Positions 43,401 to 51,496 of a stretch of 64,000 nucleotides of DNA are shown here, in pieces. This DNA comes from Bacillota bacterium (GTDB lineage Bacteria; Bacillota; JAAYKD01), in NCBI GenBank assembly GCA_963666425.2, contig OY762825.2, forward strand, positions 2,368,001 to 2,432,000, read 5' to 3'. Position numbers and translations under genes: made by a program. Under the pieces are notes generated by a model. The model searched no databases and was not told the DNA's origin. It worked only from the letters and a program-made list of their open reading frames with translations. Each line of letters opens with the position of its first letter. Position 1 is the first letter of the stretch.

Positions 43401-46400
43401 CGTGATCCGATCTTCACAGGCGCTGCAACCAACACTGCGCAAACAATAGCGGAAGGTGCAGCACCGGCGGCCTTAACAGCCACCGACGATGCAGACGAAA
43501 CGCTTAGCTACAGTGTAACTTCCGGCAGCTTGCCGAGCGGATTAACACTCAATGCCAACGGCAGTTTCAGCGGCAGCACAAGCTACACCGCAGCAGGCGA
43601 CTACCCGGTTGTGATTACAGTTTCAGACGGCAAAGGCGGCACAGATACGACCAACCTGACGATTACAGTCAGCGATGTTAACCGCGACCCAATCTTCACC
43701 GCAGCGTTAACCAACACCGCACAGACGATTGCGGAAGGTGCAACACCGGCAGCACTCGCGGCAACGGACGATGCCGACGAAACACTCAGTTACAGCGTAA
43801 CTTCTGGCAGCTTACCAAGTGGATTGACACTCAATGCCAACGGCAGCTTCAGCGGCAGCGCAAGCTACACCGCAGCAGGCGACTACCCGGTTGTGATTAC
43901 AGTTTCAGATGGCAAAGGCGGCAGCGATACGACCAACCTGACAATTACAGTCAGCGACGTCAACCGCGCTCCAGTCTTCACCGCTGCAGCAGGAAACACG
44001 GCGCAGACAATAGTGGAAGGTGCAGCACCGGCAGCCTTAGCAGCCACCGACGATGCTGACGAAACACTCAGTTACAGCGTTACCTCCGGCAGCTTACCGA
44101 GCGGATTAACACTCAATACCAATGGCAGCTTCAGCGGCAGCGCAAGCTACACCGCAGCGGGTGACTACCCGGTTGGAATCACGGTTTCTGACGGTAAAGG
44201 CGGCAGCGATACGACTAACCTGACGATTACAGTCAGCGATGTTAACCGTGATCCGGCTTTCACCGCAGCAGCAACAAACACTGCACAGACGATTGCAGAA
44301 GGTGCAGCACCGGCAGCCTTAGCGGCAACCGATGACGCTGACGAAACACTCAGTTACAGCGTAACCTCCGGCAGCTTACCGAGTGGCGTAATGTTAAACA
44401 ACAATGGAACTTTCAGCGGCACAGCAAGCTACACCTCATCCGGCAGTTATCCGGTTGAGATCACAGTTTCAGACGGCAAAGGCGGCACAGACACCACCAA
44501 CCTGACGATTACGGTCAGTGACGTCAACCGCGACCCGATCTTCACCGCAGTTGCAACAAACACCGCGCAGACAATAGCGGAAGGCACAGCACCGGCAGCC
44601 TTAGCGGCCAGCGACGACGCGGACGAGACACTAAGCTACAGTGTAACCTCCGGCAGCCTGCCGAGCGGATTAACACTCAATGCCAACGGCAGCTTCAGCG
44701 GCAGCGCAAACTACACCGCAGCGGGTGACTATCCGGTTGAGATTACAGTTTCAGACACCAAAGGCGGCAGTGATACGACTAACCTGACGATTACGGTCAG
44801 TGATGTCAACCGTGATCCGATCTTCACCGCAGCGTTAACCAATACCGCGCAGACAATAGCGGAAGGTGCAGCACCGGCCGCGCTCGCAGCCATCGACGAT
44901 GCTGATGAAACGCTCAGTTACAGCGTAACCTCCGGCAGTTTACCGAGCGGCGTAACGTTAAACAATAATGGAACTTTCAGCGGCACAGCAAGTTATATTT
45001 CGTCCGGCAGTTACCCGGTTGTGATCACAGTTTCAGACGGCAAAGGCGGCACAGATACGACCAACCTGACAATTACGGTCAGTGACGTCAACCGTGACCC
45101 GATCTTCACAGGCGCTGCAACCAACACTGCGCAAACAATTGTGGAAGGTGCAACACCGGCGGCCTTAGCAGCCACCGACGATGCCGACGAAACACTCAGT
45201 TACAGCGTAACCTCCGGCAGCTTACCGAGCGGATTAACACTCAATGCCAATGGCAGCTTCAGCGGCACAGCAAGCTACACCGCGGCAGGCAGTTATCCGG
45301 TTGAGATCACAGTTTCAGACAGCAAAGGCGGCAGCGATACGACCAACCTGACGATTACGGTCAGTGATGTCAACCGCGACCCGATCTTCACAGGCGCTGT
45401 AACTAACACCACACAAACAATAGCGGAAGGTGCAGCACCGGCCGCGCTCGCAGCCATCGACGATGCTGATGAAACGCTCAGCTACAGCGTAACCTCCGGC
45501 AGCTTACCAAGTGGATTGACACTCAATACCAATGGCAGCTTCAGCGGCAGCGTAAGTTACACCGCAGCAGGCGACTACCCGGTTGTGATTACAGTTTCAG
45601 ACGGCAAAGGCGGCACAGATACAACTAATCTGACAATTACAGTCAGCGACGTCAACCGCGACCCGATCTTCACAGGCGCTGTAACTAACACTGCACAGAC
45701 GATTGCAGAAGGTGCAGCACCGGCAGCCTTAGCGGCCACCGACGATGCTGACGAAACACTCAGTTACAGCGTAACCTCCGGCAGCTTACCGAGCGGATTA
45801 ACACTCAATACCAATGGCAGCTTCAGCGGCAGCGCAAGCTACACCGCAGCGGATGACTACCCGGTTGTGATTACAGTTTCAGATGGCAAAGGCGGCACAG
45901 ATACGACCAACCTGACGATTACAGTCAGTGATGTCAATCGCGACCCGATCTTTACAGGCGCTGCAACCAATAGCGCGCAGACGATTGCAGAAGGTAGTGT
46001 GTTAGCTTCTCTTATTGCAACAGATCCAGACAGTGATTCTCTTGATTACAGTATCAGCAGTGGCTTATTACCAGCTGGAATCACCCTGAATTCGGATGGA
46101 ACATTCAGCGGAACAGTAAATTATACATCGGCAGGGTCCTATCCGGTAACTGTTTTGATTGTTGACGGCAAGGGTGGCAGCATCTCTCAATCTCTTATCA
46201 TTCATATCGATAATACAAATACAATACCCAGTATACAAACCTTGACAGACCGTACTGATAGAGAAGGAATATCAATTGACCTCAATATTACTTCGACGGA
46301 TATCGATGGAGATATTCTTACTTATACTGCAGTGAATCTGCCTTTGGGAATCACAATCCATCCAAACACTGGCAAATTGGAAGGAACGCTGACACTTCCG

Positions 46401-49400
46401 GATGTTTATCAGGTTCGGATTATCGTTCGGGATGGAGCAGGCAATGAAGCTACTTCTTCATTCACTTGGACGGTAGACCCACTGCTGCTAGACGGATGGG
46501 TTGAAGCAGGTTTGTGGTCGGATTGGACTAGAGTGGATTATCGCAGTTTGTGGGTAGAACAAGCTTATGCCGCGGGCAATCCGTTGAAAATCGCTGTTTT
46601 AGCGGATCCTACCATCACCGAAGTAATTGCAGAAATCCATCAAATTGATCCATTGGAGAATTTAAGCTCGGCTTTAGGACGTTTTATCTTGACCCCAGTA
46701 GCGACTGATTTATATGCTGGAAGTTCGGATTTTAAACTCTGGAATGCAACAGTAATTCTGCCTGATGATCTGTTGGAAGGTCGCTATTTCATTACGTTCG
46801 AAGCAAAATCCGGCAGCTATGTTGTAGAGGATTCACAACCTGCTACTGAAATCACGGAACCAGGACAGAATAATTATTTCACAGTCAAGAATATATTCGG
46901 ACTTTGGGGGATCATTAGTGAAAGATCGAGCGGAAAGTTAGTGAATGGAGCCTCTATTCGCTTGTTCGATTTATCAGGGCGATTGGTTGAGACAACTACC
47001 AGTGACATAAATGGATACTATCTATTCAGTAATTTGAAAGCCAATCAATATAGCTTAGTAACCGAAGATGCTCGTTATTCTACCAGTAATATGGTTGTCA
47101 ATGTAGTCTCATCCGACTTGACACAGACCATGATCCGGCAAGATATTGGGTTAGTGAAATTCAGTATTCGTTTTTCTGCCAATCCAACCACGATTGTGGG
47201 AGATGGAGTAGAAACTACTCAACTTACTGCTCAATTATTTGATGAGAATGGAGCCGTTGCACCCGGTATTGAGATTAATTTCAGTGCCAGTGCAGGCAGC
47301 TTTGTCGGTCCATCAATGGGGATAACGGATGCAGATGGGAAAGTCTCTGTAACATTAAGATCCAGTAAAATTGAAGGTGTGATGGCAGTCATTATACCGA
47401 TCACAGCAGTGGTGGATGACCCAGTTCGGGACCTTTACGGAGAAGCACGCATTTTGATGACCTTTGCCCCAGGAGCATTGAAAGGAATTGTGACTGATCG
47501 TGATTTGAATATTCCTGTAGCAGGTGCCGAAGTAACGGTTTACAAGGATTTTGACAATGATGGGATTACTGATTTCAGTGCAACATTTATTACCGGGGCT
47601 GATGGTTCCTACAAAATTGCCATCCCTCGCGGGGATGTAGTCTATGACATTCAAATTAAAAAACCTGTTCATATTGGTGATAGTACTGTAATGATGACCT
47701 TCCCACAAAAAGGGACTAGCGGAGCAATCAGTGGGCTAGGAACTGAAGAATTCAACTCGGAGATTACTGGTGCCGGTGTCATTGTTTATAAAGATACCAA
47801 TGGCAGCACAAAGGTTTTAACTGATTACAGTGATTTTAGCTTGAAAATTGAAAAAATCGAAGTCGGAGGTAATTTAGTAGCCAGCGGACTGACTGGAGGA
47901 ATCGCTCCCTCTACTGGGGTATTCCAAATCAATAACTTAGCAAAAGGAACTGATTATAAAGTCGAGGTCATGAGAGAAATATCGGCTGGGGAATTTATTA
48001 CGGTAGGCTATCAGGATATCACAGTCAGTCAAGACGGCGAGATCAATCTGGGGACGTTGGAATTGATTGATCCTTATGGTATCATTACAGATTCCGTAAC
48101 CGGAAATGCGATTGGAAATGCGTTAGTGCAATTGTATTATGCTAATACAGCATTAAATCTCGGTAACGGTCTGATTCCGGATACTCTTGTTACACTTCCG
48201 GCATTAGCTTCATTCCCTCCGGCGAATAATGCGAATCCGCAAAGAAGTGATTCGACCGGGCAGTATGCCTTTATGGTCTTTCCAAATACGGATTACTATA
48301 TCCTCTCCTCCCATCCGAATTACAATTCTTACAAAAGTCCTATTATTTCAGTTGGATTAGTGATTGTAAAACATGATTTCCAGATGACGGCAATTCCAGA
48401 TGAAGACATAATTTCTGTGAATGCAGATTTGTATGTCACGCTGACATCGAATCAGATGAAGTATTTGGAAGGAGAAAAGATCAATTTGACAATCGAGTAT
48501 GGAAACTTGACTGCCAAATCGGCTGAAAACGTGTTGATCATATTCACCCTTCCTTCCTATACAACAGTAGAAAATGCCGGACTTGGAATTGTGAACGGAA
48601 ACTTAGTGACCTGGGAACTGGGAACTTTGACAGCAAAGTCACAAGGATCTTTAGAAATCGAATTAAGCGTTTCAGAGATTCCTGAACAAACCACAATGGT
48701 AACTGCAAAAACAGAGATCCAATCCTCAACGAGCTTAATCAATAAAAATAACGACCAATCTTCGCTGGACATGCTGTTGTTAAGCAATCGTTTTGAGACC
48801 GGTATTCACGAGCAGTATATTATCGGATATGGCAATAGAGATTTCAAACCTTATCGGTCAATTACGAGAGCAGAAATCGCAACAATCTTCTCGCGAATCA
48901 TGCATCTCAACCTGGTTGACGTTCCTGGACAGTATAATGATGTAATCGGTTCGGAATGGTATAGTCAAGCAATTCATGCGGTGAGTAAGGCAGGCTTAAT
49001 GAGTGGATATCCGGATGGAAGCTTTAAACCGGACCAATCAATCACGAGAGCAGAATTGATTTCAGTCATTAGCCGTTTCCTAAAATCCGGAACTTATACA
49101 GGGTTACAACCGGATTTAACAGATATTTCTGGCCATTGGGCTTATAATGACATCGCAGAAATGTATCGTATTGGAATCATCACTGGATATGAAGACAAGA
49201 CATTCCACCCTGATTTACCAATAAATCGAGCAGAAGCAGTAACGATGATCAATCATCTGCTTTTTAGAGGTCCATTGAAGGTAGAAACCCCAACTTTCAT
49301 TGACGTACTACCCTCTGATTGGTTTTATGGAGAAGTAGAAGAAAGTGCACATACCCACGAATTTAAAGTTCAGCTCGGTGGAGCAGAGGAATTGGTTCGT

Positions 49401-49412
49401 TATCTCGATTAA
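34455..49412 (+). CDS. giant (about 4985 aa) SLH-anchored Ig-repeat adhesin
   Basis: Signal peptide, DUF11-like domains, about 38 putative-Ig/cadherin-like repeats, Big_1 and carboxypeptidase-regulatory-like domains, and three C-terminal SLH domains (ITRAE, ITRAE, INRAE). Confidence 0.92.
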   Translation: MKFNRRYKRILLIVTLALVLLFQPGSAIAARTTIAIDNTISDWAGVGTSASDPVGDVNGVGPNDLIRIWVTNDETNMYVRWDIDMTGKATSIKSSAYGLAIDKDLNGVADSFAWVAFDSQGVISASIENVTTGVTTTLSPSATYVTQINTGSAKTVTSVESKFPFVSLAIPATSSALLWAETHSSPVSTSVVKDRAPDGGNFNMNFTDGNWVPNGTGMVLDISKGTNRSNVPSGSQVTYTIQIRNTGSAAGAISSLVDTLPAGFTYVAGSSSGITSNNPTISTTAGTQTLTWILSPSIPAGSSVTQTFTAAASSTLGTYYNNATVMYSSLSLQTGDTAKVTVVANSTPVMSSNSNNTSQTIAEGSGLSAITATDADLDTLVYTKTSGTLPAGITLNSNGSFSGTASYTSAGSYPVVITVTDGNGGSTFTNLAITVTDVNSAPSYTGAAANTAQTIAEGSGLTALAAADPDGTTLTYTLTTGSLPAGINLNANGTFSGTASYDTAGSSPYSVTITASDGSLTAATNLVITVNNTNRAPSYTGAAANTAQTIAEGSGLTALAAADPDGTTLTYTLTTGSLPAGITLNANGTFSETASYDAAGSSPYSVTITASDGSLTAATNLAITVNNTNRAPEFTGAATNTAQTIAEGSGLTALAAADPDGTTLTYTLTAGSLPAGINLNANGTFSGTASYDAAGSSPYNVTITASDGSLTAATNLAITVNNTNREPEFTGAAANTVQTIAEGSGLTALAAADPDGTTLTYTLTAGSLPAGINLNANGTFSGTASYDAAGSSPYNVTITASDGSLTAATNLAITVNNTNREPEFTGAAANTAQTIAEGSGLTALAAADPDGTTLTYTLTAGSLPAGINLNANGTFSGTASYDAAGSSPYNVTITASDGSLTAATNLAITVNNTNREPEFTGAAANTAQTIAEGSGLTALAAADPDSDTLTYSLTSGTLPIGITFNADGTFTGATSPGSSGTFPLMFSVSDGTMTDTTTLNLTVSNTNHAPEFTGAATNTAQTIAEGSGLTALAAADPDGTTLTYTLTTGSLPAGITLNANGTFSGTASYDAAGSSPYSVTITASDGSLTAATNLVITVNNTNRAPSYTGAATNTAQTIAEGSGLTALAAADPDSDTLIYSVTSGSLPSGVTLNNNGTFSSSASYTAAGDYPIEITVSDGKGGTDTTSLTITVSDVDRDPIFTGDATNTAQTIAEGAAPAALAATDDADETLSYSLTSGSLPSGVTLNNNGTFSGSTSYTAAGDYPVVITVSDGKGGTDTTNLTITVSDVNRDPIFTAAATNTAQTIAEGAAPAALAATDDADETLSYSVTSGSLPSGVTLNNNGTFSGSPSYTAAGSYPVEITVSDSKGGSDTTNLTITVSDVNRDPIFTAALTNTAQTIAEGAAPAALAATDDADETLSYSVTSGSLPSGVTLNNNGTFSGSVSYTAAGDYPVVITVSDGKGGTDTTNLTITVSDVNRDPIFTAAATNTAQTIAEGAAPAALAATDDADETLSYSVTSGSLPSGVTLNSNGTFSGSASYTAAGDYPVVITVSDGKGGTDTTNLTITVSDVNRDPIFTGAATNTAQTIAEGAAPAALAATDDADETLSYSLTSGSLPSGLTLNANGSFSGSASYIAAGDYPVVITVSDGKGGSDTTNLTITVSDVNRDPIFTGAATNTTQTIAEGATPAALAATDDADETLSYSVTSGSLPSGLTLNANGSFSGSASYIAAGDYPVVITVSDGKGGSDTTNLTITVSDVNRDPIFTGAATNTTQTIAEGATPAALAATDDADETLSYSVTSGSLPSGLTLNANGSFSGTASYTAAGDYPVVITVSDGKGGSDTTNLTITVSDVNRDPVFTAALTNTAQTIAEGAAPAALAATDDADETLSYSVTSGSLPSGLTLNANGSFSGSTSYTAAGNYPIEITVSDGKGGTDTTNLTITVSDVNRDPIFTAAATNTTQTIAEGAAPAALAATDDADETLSYSVTSGSLPSGVTLNSNGTFSGSASYTAAGSYPVEITVSDSKGGTDTTNLTITVSDVNRDPIFTAALTNTAQTIAEGAAPAALAATDDADETLSYSVTSGSLPSGLTLNANGSFSGSTSYTAAGDYPVVITVSDGKGGTDTTNLTITVSDVNRDPAFTAAAINTAQTIAEGTAPAALAATDDADETLSYSVTSGSLPSGLTLNANGSFSGNASYTAAGDYPVVITVSDGKGGSDTTNLTITVSDVNRAPIFTSAVTNTAQTIAEGAAPAALIATDDADETLSYSVTSGSLPSGLTLNSNGSFSGSASYTAAGDYPVVITVSDGKGGTDSTNLTITVSDVNRDPIFTGAVTNTTQTIAEGGTPAAPAATDDADETLSYSVTSGSLPSGLTLNANGSFSGSASYTAAGDYPIEITVSDGKGGTDTTNLTITVSDVNRDPIFTAVATNTAQTIAEGTAPAALAATDDADETLSYSVTSGSLPSGLTLNANGSFSGSTSYTAAGDYPVVITVSDGKGGTDTTNLTITVSDVNRDPGFTAAAINTAQTIAEGTAPAALAATDDADETLSYSVTSGNLPSGLTLNTNGSFSGSASYTAAGDYPVVITVSDGKGGTDTTNLTITVSDVNRDPIFTGAVTNTTQTIAEGAAPAALAATDDADETLSNSVTSGSLPSGLTLNANGSFSGSTSYTAAGDYPIEITVSDGKGGTDTTNLTITVSDVNRDPIFTAAATNTAQTIAEGAAPAALAATDDADETFSYSVTSGSLPSGVTLNNNGTFSGTASYISSGSYPVVITVSDGKGGTDTTNLTITVSDVNRDPIFTGAVTNTAQTIAEGAAPAALAATDDADETLSYSVTSGSLPSGLTLNANGSFSGTASYTSSGSYPVEITVSDGKGGTDTTNLTITVSDVNRDPIFTAAATNTAQTIAEGTAPAALAATDDADETLSYSVTSGSLPSGLTLNANGSFSGSASYTAAGDYPVVITVSDGKGGSDTTNLTITVSDVNRDPIFTGAATNTAQTIAEGAAPAALTATDDADETLSYSVTSGSLPSGLTLNANGSFSGSTSYTAAGDYPVVITVSDGKGGTDTTNLTITVSDVNRDPIFTAALTNTAQTIAEGATPAALAATDDADETLSYSVTSGSLPSGLTLNANGSFSGSASYTAAGDYPVVITVSDGKGGSDTTNLTITVSDVNRAPVFTAAAGNTAQTIVEGAAPAALAATDDADETLSYSVTSGSLPSGLTLNTNGSFSGSASYTAAGDYPVGITVSDGKGGSDTTNLTITVSDVNRDPAFTAAATNTAQTIAEGAAPAALAATDDADETLSYSVTSGSLPSGVMLNNNGTFSGTASYTSSGSYPVEITVSDGKGGTDTTNLTITVSDVNRDPIFTAVATNTAQTIAEGTAPAALAASDDADETLSYSVTSGSLPSGLTLNANGSFSGSANYTAAGDYPVEITVSDTKGGSDTTNLTITVSDVNRDPIFTAALTNTAQTIAEGAAPAALAAIDDADETLSYSVTSGSLPSGVTLNNNGTFSGTASYISSGSYPVVITVSDGKGGTDTTNLTITVSDVNRDPIFTGAATNTAQTIVEGATPAALAATDDADETLSYSVTSGSLPSGLTLNANGSFSGTASYTAAGSYPVEITVSDSKGGSDTTNLTITVSDVNRDPIFTGAVTNTTQTIAEGAAPAALAAIDDADETLSYSVTSGSLPSGLTLNTNGSFSGSVSYTAAGDYPVVITVSDGKGGTDTTNLTITVSDVNRDPIFTGAVTNTAQTIAEGAAPAALAATDDADETLSYSVTSGSLPSGLTLNTNGSFSGSASYTAADDYPVVITVSDGKGGTDTTNLTITVSDVNRDPIFTGAATNSAQTIAEGSVLASLIATDPDSDSLDYSISSGLLPAGITLNSDGTFSGTVNYTSAGSYPVTVLIVDGKGGSISQSLIIHIDNTNTIPSIQTLTDRTDREGISIDLNITSTDIDGDILTYTAVNLPLGITIHPNTGKLEGTLTLPDVYQVRIIVRDGAGNEATSSFTWTVDPLLLDGWVEAGLWSDWTRVDYRSLWVEQAYAAGNPLKIAVLADPTITEVIAEIHQIDPLENLSSALGRFILTPVATDLYAGSSDFKLWNATVILPDDLLEGRYFITFEAKSGSYVVEDSQPATEITEPGQNNYFTVKNIFGLWGIISERSSGKLVNGASIRLFDLSGRLVETTTSDINGYYLFSNLKANQYSLVTEDARYSTSNMVVNVVSSDLTQTMIRQDIGLVKFSIRFSANPTTIVGDGVETTQLTAQLFDENGAVAPGIEINFSASAGSFVGPSMGITDADGKVSVTLRSSKIEGVMAVIIPITAVVDDPVRDLYGEARILMTFAPGALKGIVTDRDLNIPVAGAEVTVYKDFDNDGITDFSATFITGADGSYKIAIPRGDVVYDIQIKKPVHIGDSTVMMTFPQKGTSGAISGLGTEEFNSEITGAGVIVYKDTNGSTKVLTDYSDFSLKIEKIEVGGNLVASGLTGGIAPSTGVFQINNLAKGTDYKVEVMREISAGEFITVGYQDITVSQDGEINLGTLELIDPYGIITDSVTGNAIGNALVQLYYANTALNLGNGLIPDTLVTLPALASFPPANNANPQRSDSTGQYAFMVFPNTDYYILSSHPNYNSYKSPIISVGLVIVKHDFQMTAIPDEDIISVNADLYVTLTSNQMKYLEGEKINLTIEYGNLTAKSAENVLIIFTLPSYTTVENAGLGIVNGNLVTWELGTLTAKSQGSLEIELSVSEIPEQTTMVTAKTEIQSSTSLINKNNDQSSLDMLLLSNRFETGIHEQYIIGYGNRDFKPYRSITRAEIATIFSRIMHLNLVDVPGQYNDVIGSEWYSQAIHAVSKAGLMSGYPDGSFKPDQSITRAELISVISRFLKSGTYTGLQPDLTDISGHWAYNDIAEMYRIGIITGYEDKTFHPDLPINRAEAVTMINHLLFRGPLKVETPTFIDVLPSDWFYGEVEESAHTHEFKVQLGGAEELVRYLD
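35485..46480 (+). repeat. about 38-39 coding Ig-like tandem repeats (285-bp type A, 282-bp type B)
   Basis: Type A period 285 bp (36621, 36906, 37191). Type B period 282 bp, about 28 copies over 38040-45950. Confidence 0.9.
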
Positions 49413-49502
49413 CCGCATTCTGAAAGATCTTGCTAAAGAAGATCGAGAGATGGAAAGGCCCTGCTCAGTTAGGCTGGTCACCAAAAAGTGAAAAAGCGCA
49501 AT

Positions 49503-49538
49503 AAAAAACAACCTTGTCGTAAGACAAGGTTGTTTTTT
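49503..49538. terminator. bidirectional terminator
   Basis: AAAAAACAACCTTGTC-GTAA-GACAAGGTTGTTTTTT. Confidence 0.8.
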
Positions 49539-49630
49539 TGGCGGAGAGAAAGGGATTCGAACCCTTGAACGGTTTAACCCGTTACACGATTTCCAGTCGT
49601 GCGCCTTCGACCAGACTCAGCCATCTCTCC
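49539..49630 (-). tRNA. tRNA-Ser(GGA)
   Basis: Cloverleaf with CACGA-CT-GGA-AA-TCGTG, a long variable arm and CCA. It has its own TTGATT-17-TATAAT promoter. Confidence 0.95.
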
Positions 49631-49741
49631 ATGGATTAAGTTATGCAATCTCTCAGTGAGAAGACAAAAAGCATTATAACAAATACGATGATAAAAATCA
49701 AGCTTTTATTCGGCAAGAACTTGTCTTTCTAAGAATAGAAC

Positions 49742-49831
49742 TGGCGGAGAGAGCGAGATTCGAACTCGCGAGGCGTTTCAGCGCCTACTCGCTTTCGAGG
49801 CGAGCGCATTCGGCCACTCTGCCATCTCTCC
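49742..49831 (-). tRNA. tRNA-Ser(CGA)
   Basis: CTCGC-CT-CGA-AA-GCGAG, a long variable arm, TTCGAAT and CCA. Confidence 0.95.
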
Positions 49832-50282
49832 GTTTATCACGCAATTCCTGAAAAAAATGAGACAACAGGGAGGCACAGGCTTCAGCACAAATGCCGGAAG
49901 TCACTTCAACTCTGTGGTTCATTCTCTCATCCTGAAGTAAATTATACAGTGTTCCGGCACATCCGGCCTTCGGATCCGCAACACCAAAGACAACCCGCTC
50001 AATGCGAGCTTGCAAAATAGCCCCGGCGCACATAGCGCAAGGTTCTACTGTGACATATAAAGTGCAATTGAGTAATCGCCAGCCGCCTAAAGTTTCTGAT
50101 GCATCTCGAATGGCAATCATTTCTGCATGAGCGGTAGGGTCACGCCAAGTCTCCCGCCGGTTAAATCCCTGACCTACAATTCGGTTGCCTTGCACAATAA
50201 TGGCTCCAATAGGAACTTCACCTAAGCGGGCAGCAGACATTGCTTGCTGCAATGCCAAGTTCATTCCAAATTCATCGTCCAT
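49785..50282 (-). CDS. tadA: tRNA adenosine(34) deaminase
   Basis: EVPIGA, DPTAHAE, TVEPCAMC and DPKAG. Confidence 0.93.
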   Translation of the reverse strand: MDDEFGMNLALQQAMSAARLGEVPIGAIIVQGNRIVGQGFNRRETWRDPTAHAEMIAIRDASETLGGWRLLNCTLYVTVEPCAMCAGAILQARIERVVFGVADPKAGCAGTLYNLLQDERMNHRVEVTSGICAEACASLLSHFFQELRDKRRDGRVAECARLESE

Positions 50283-50320
50283 AGTACACCACCGTTCATC
50301 CTAAAACTCCGGTTGGAGGA

Positions 50321-50396
50321 TGGCGCCCCCGAAAGGAATCGAACCTCCGACGCAGAGCTTAGGAAGCTCTCGCTCTATCCACTGAGCTACGGGGGC
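50321..50396 (-). tRNA. tRNA-Arg(CCT)
   Basis: AGAGC-TT-CCT-AA-GCTCT, 76 nt, CCA. Confidence 0.95.
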
Positions 50397-50403
50397 AAAA
50401 AAA

Positions 50404-50480
50404 TGGTGCGCCCGGAGGGATTCGGACCCCCGACCACCAAGTTCGTAGCCTGTTACTCTATCCAGCTGAGCTACGGGCGC
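50404..50480 (-). tRNA. tRNA-Arg(ACG)
   Basis: Anticodon loop CT-ACG-AA, 77 nt, CCA. The T-loop is TCCGAAT. Confidence 0.9.
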
Positions 50481-50567
50481 ATCAACGGCATATACCATAG
50501 CATATGCCGTCGTAAAATGTCAAGTGGATACACTCAAACCGACATAAATTTTATGGAACAGTTTCGA

Positions 50568-50954
50568 TTATTCAGCGATTTCTTCCTTAATCTCAGCCTC
50601 AGGAGCATTATTGGTAACAGATTCCATGCCGTTCACACAGCTGATTTTTTGTTTATACCCTTCACTAACGGCAATAATCTCACCATTCCGGGCTTTTAAA
50701 CGGAAACGGTATTCTCCGGATTTATCTTTATACATTTCAAATTTGGGATGCGATTGCGGAACAACCTGATCCAGCGTTTGATCCTCAATTTTCGCGATCA
50801 CTGCGTTCTTTTTGACACTTTCAATGCCATTGATACAACTGGCTTTGGTTTGATAATTTTCGCTCGTTGCAATTACTTGCCCGTTGGATGCAAGTAAGTC
50901 AAAGCGAAAAGCTCCACTGGCAGTAATCTTCATAACGAACTTACCTTTAGCCAT
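50568..50954 (-). CDS. YegP/DUF1508 tandem-domain protein
   Basis: Two copies of FRF.L.A.NG..IA.SE.Y..K.SC.NG.ESV. Confidence 0.88.
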   Translation of the reverse strand: MAKGKFVMKITASGAFRFDLLASNGQVIATSENYQTKASCINGIESVKKNAVIAKIEDQTLDQVVPQSHPKFEMYKDKSGEYRFRLKARNGEIIAVSEGYKQKISCVNGMESVTNNAPEAEIKEEIAE

Positions 50955-51306
50955 AAAAAATCCCTCCTTGCTATTTTGATAAACTCCGTTCTCATTATAG
51001 TCGAAAGTTTTTAAAAAAACAAGACCCAAAAATATGTAATCGCAGAAATAGATAGTAATAGAGTAGCTAGGAGTAGATTGGGAAGAATATTGAACAAAAA
51101 TAGTTTTAAAACAAACTACATGGAAAACGATAAAATTACGAACTATTTCCGACGATTGTCTTCGTAATCAAGAGGTTTTTAATACAATTCGCTGTAAAAA
51201 GGCTAACGTTAAGCTATCTATGCAATTAAATCGAAAATATAAGAAAATCGCCAGGTTTTACCCTTGCACCACCAGTTTTATTGTGTTATAATTCCGTTAG
51301 CTTTAT

Positions 51307-51399
51307 GGAGAGGTGCCCGAGAGGCCGAAGGGGACCGCCTGCTAAGCGGCTATAGTGTCAAAAACGCTATCGCGGGTTCGAATCCCGCCTTCTCCGCCA
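51307..51399 (+). tRNA. tRNA-Ser(GCT)
   Basis: CT-GCT-AA loop, long variable arm, CCA. Promoter TTGCAC-17-TATAAT (51264-51292) and terminator at 51400-51446. Confidence 0.95.
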
Positions 51400-51496
51400 A
51401 AAGACGTCCGAAAAATCCGATCAAATCGGACTTTTCGGACGTCTTTCTCATTAACAACTGGAATTTGCAGATTGATATGCAGTGAGGAGGAAAGCA

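Noticed and set aside
30070-46480. Tandem arrays as CRISPR or DGR
   Set aside because: They are in-frame coding repeats with no unique spacers, no cas or RT gene, and no evident adenine-specific variation.
25600-49539. Adhesin region as an island integrated at tRNA-Ser(GGA)
   Set aside because: I found no integrase and no duplicated tRNA 3' end.
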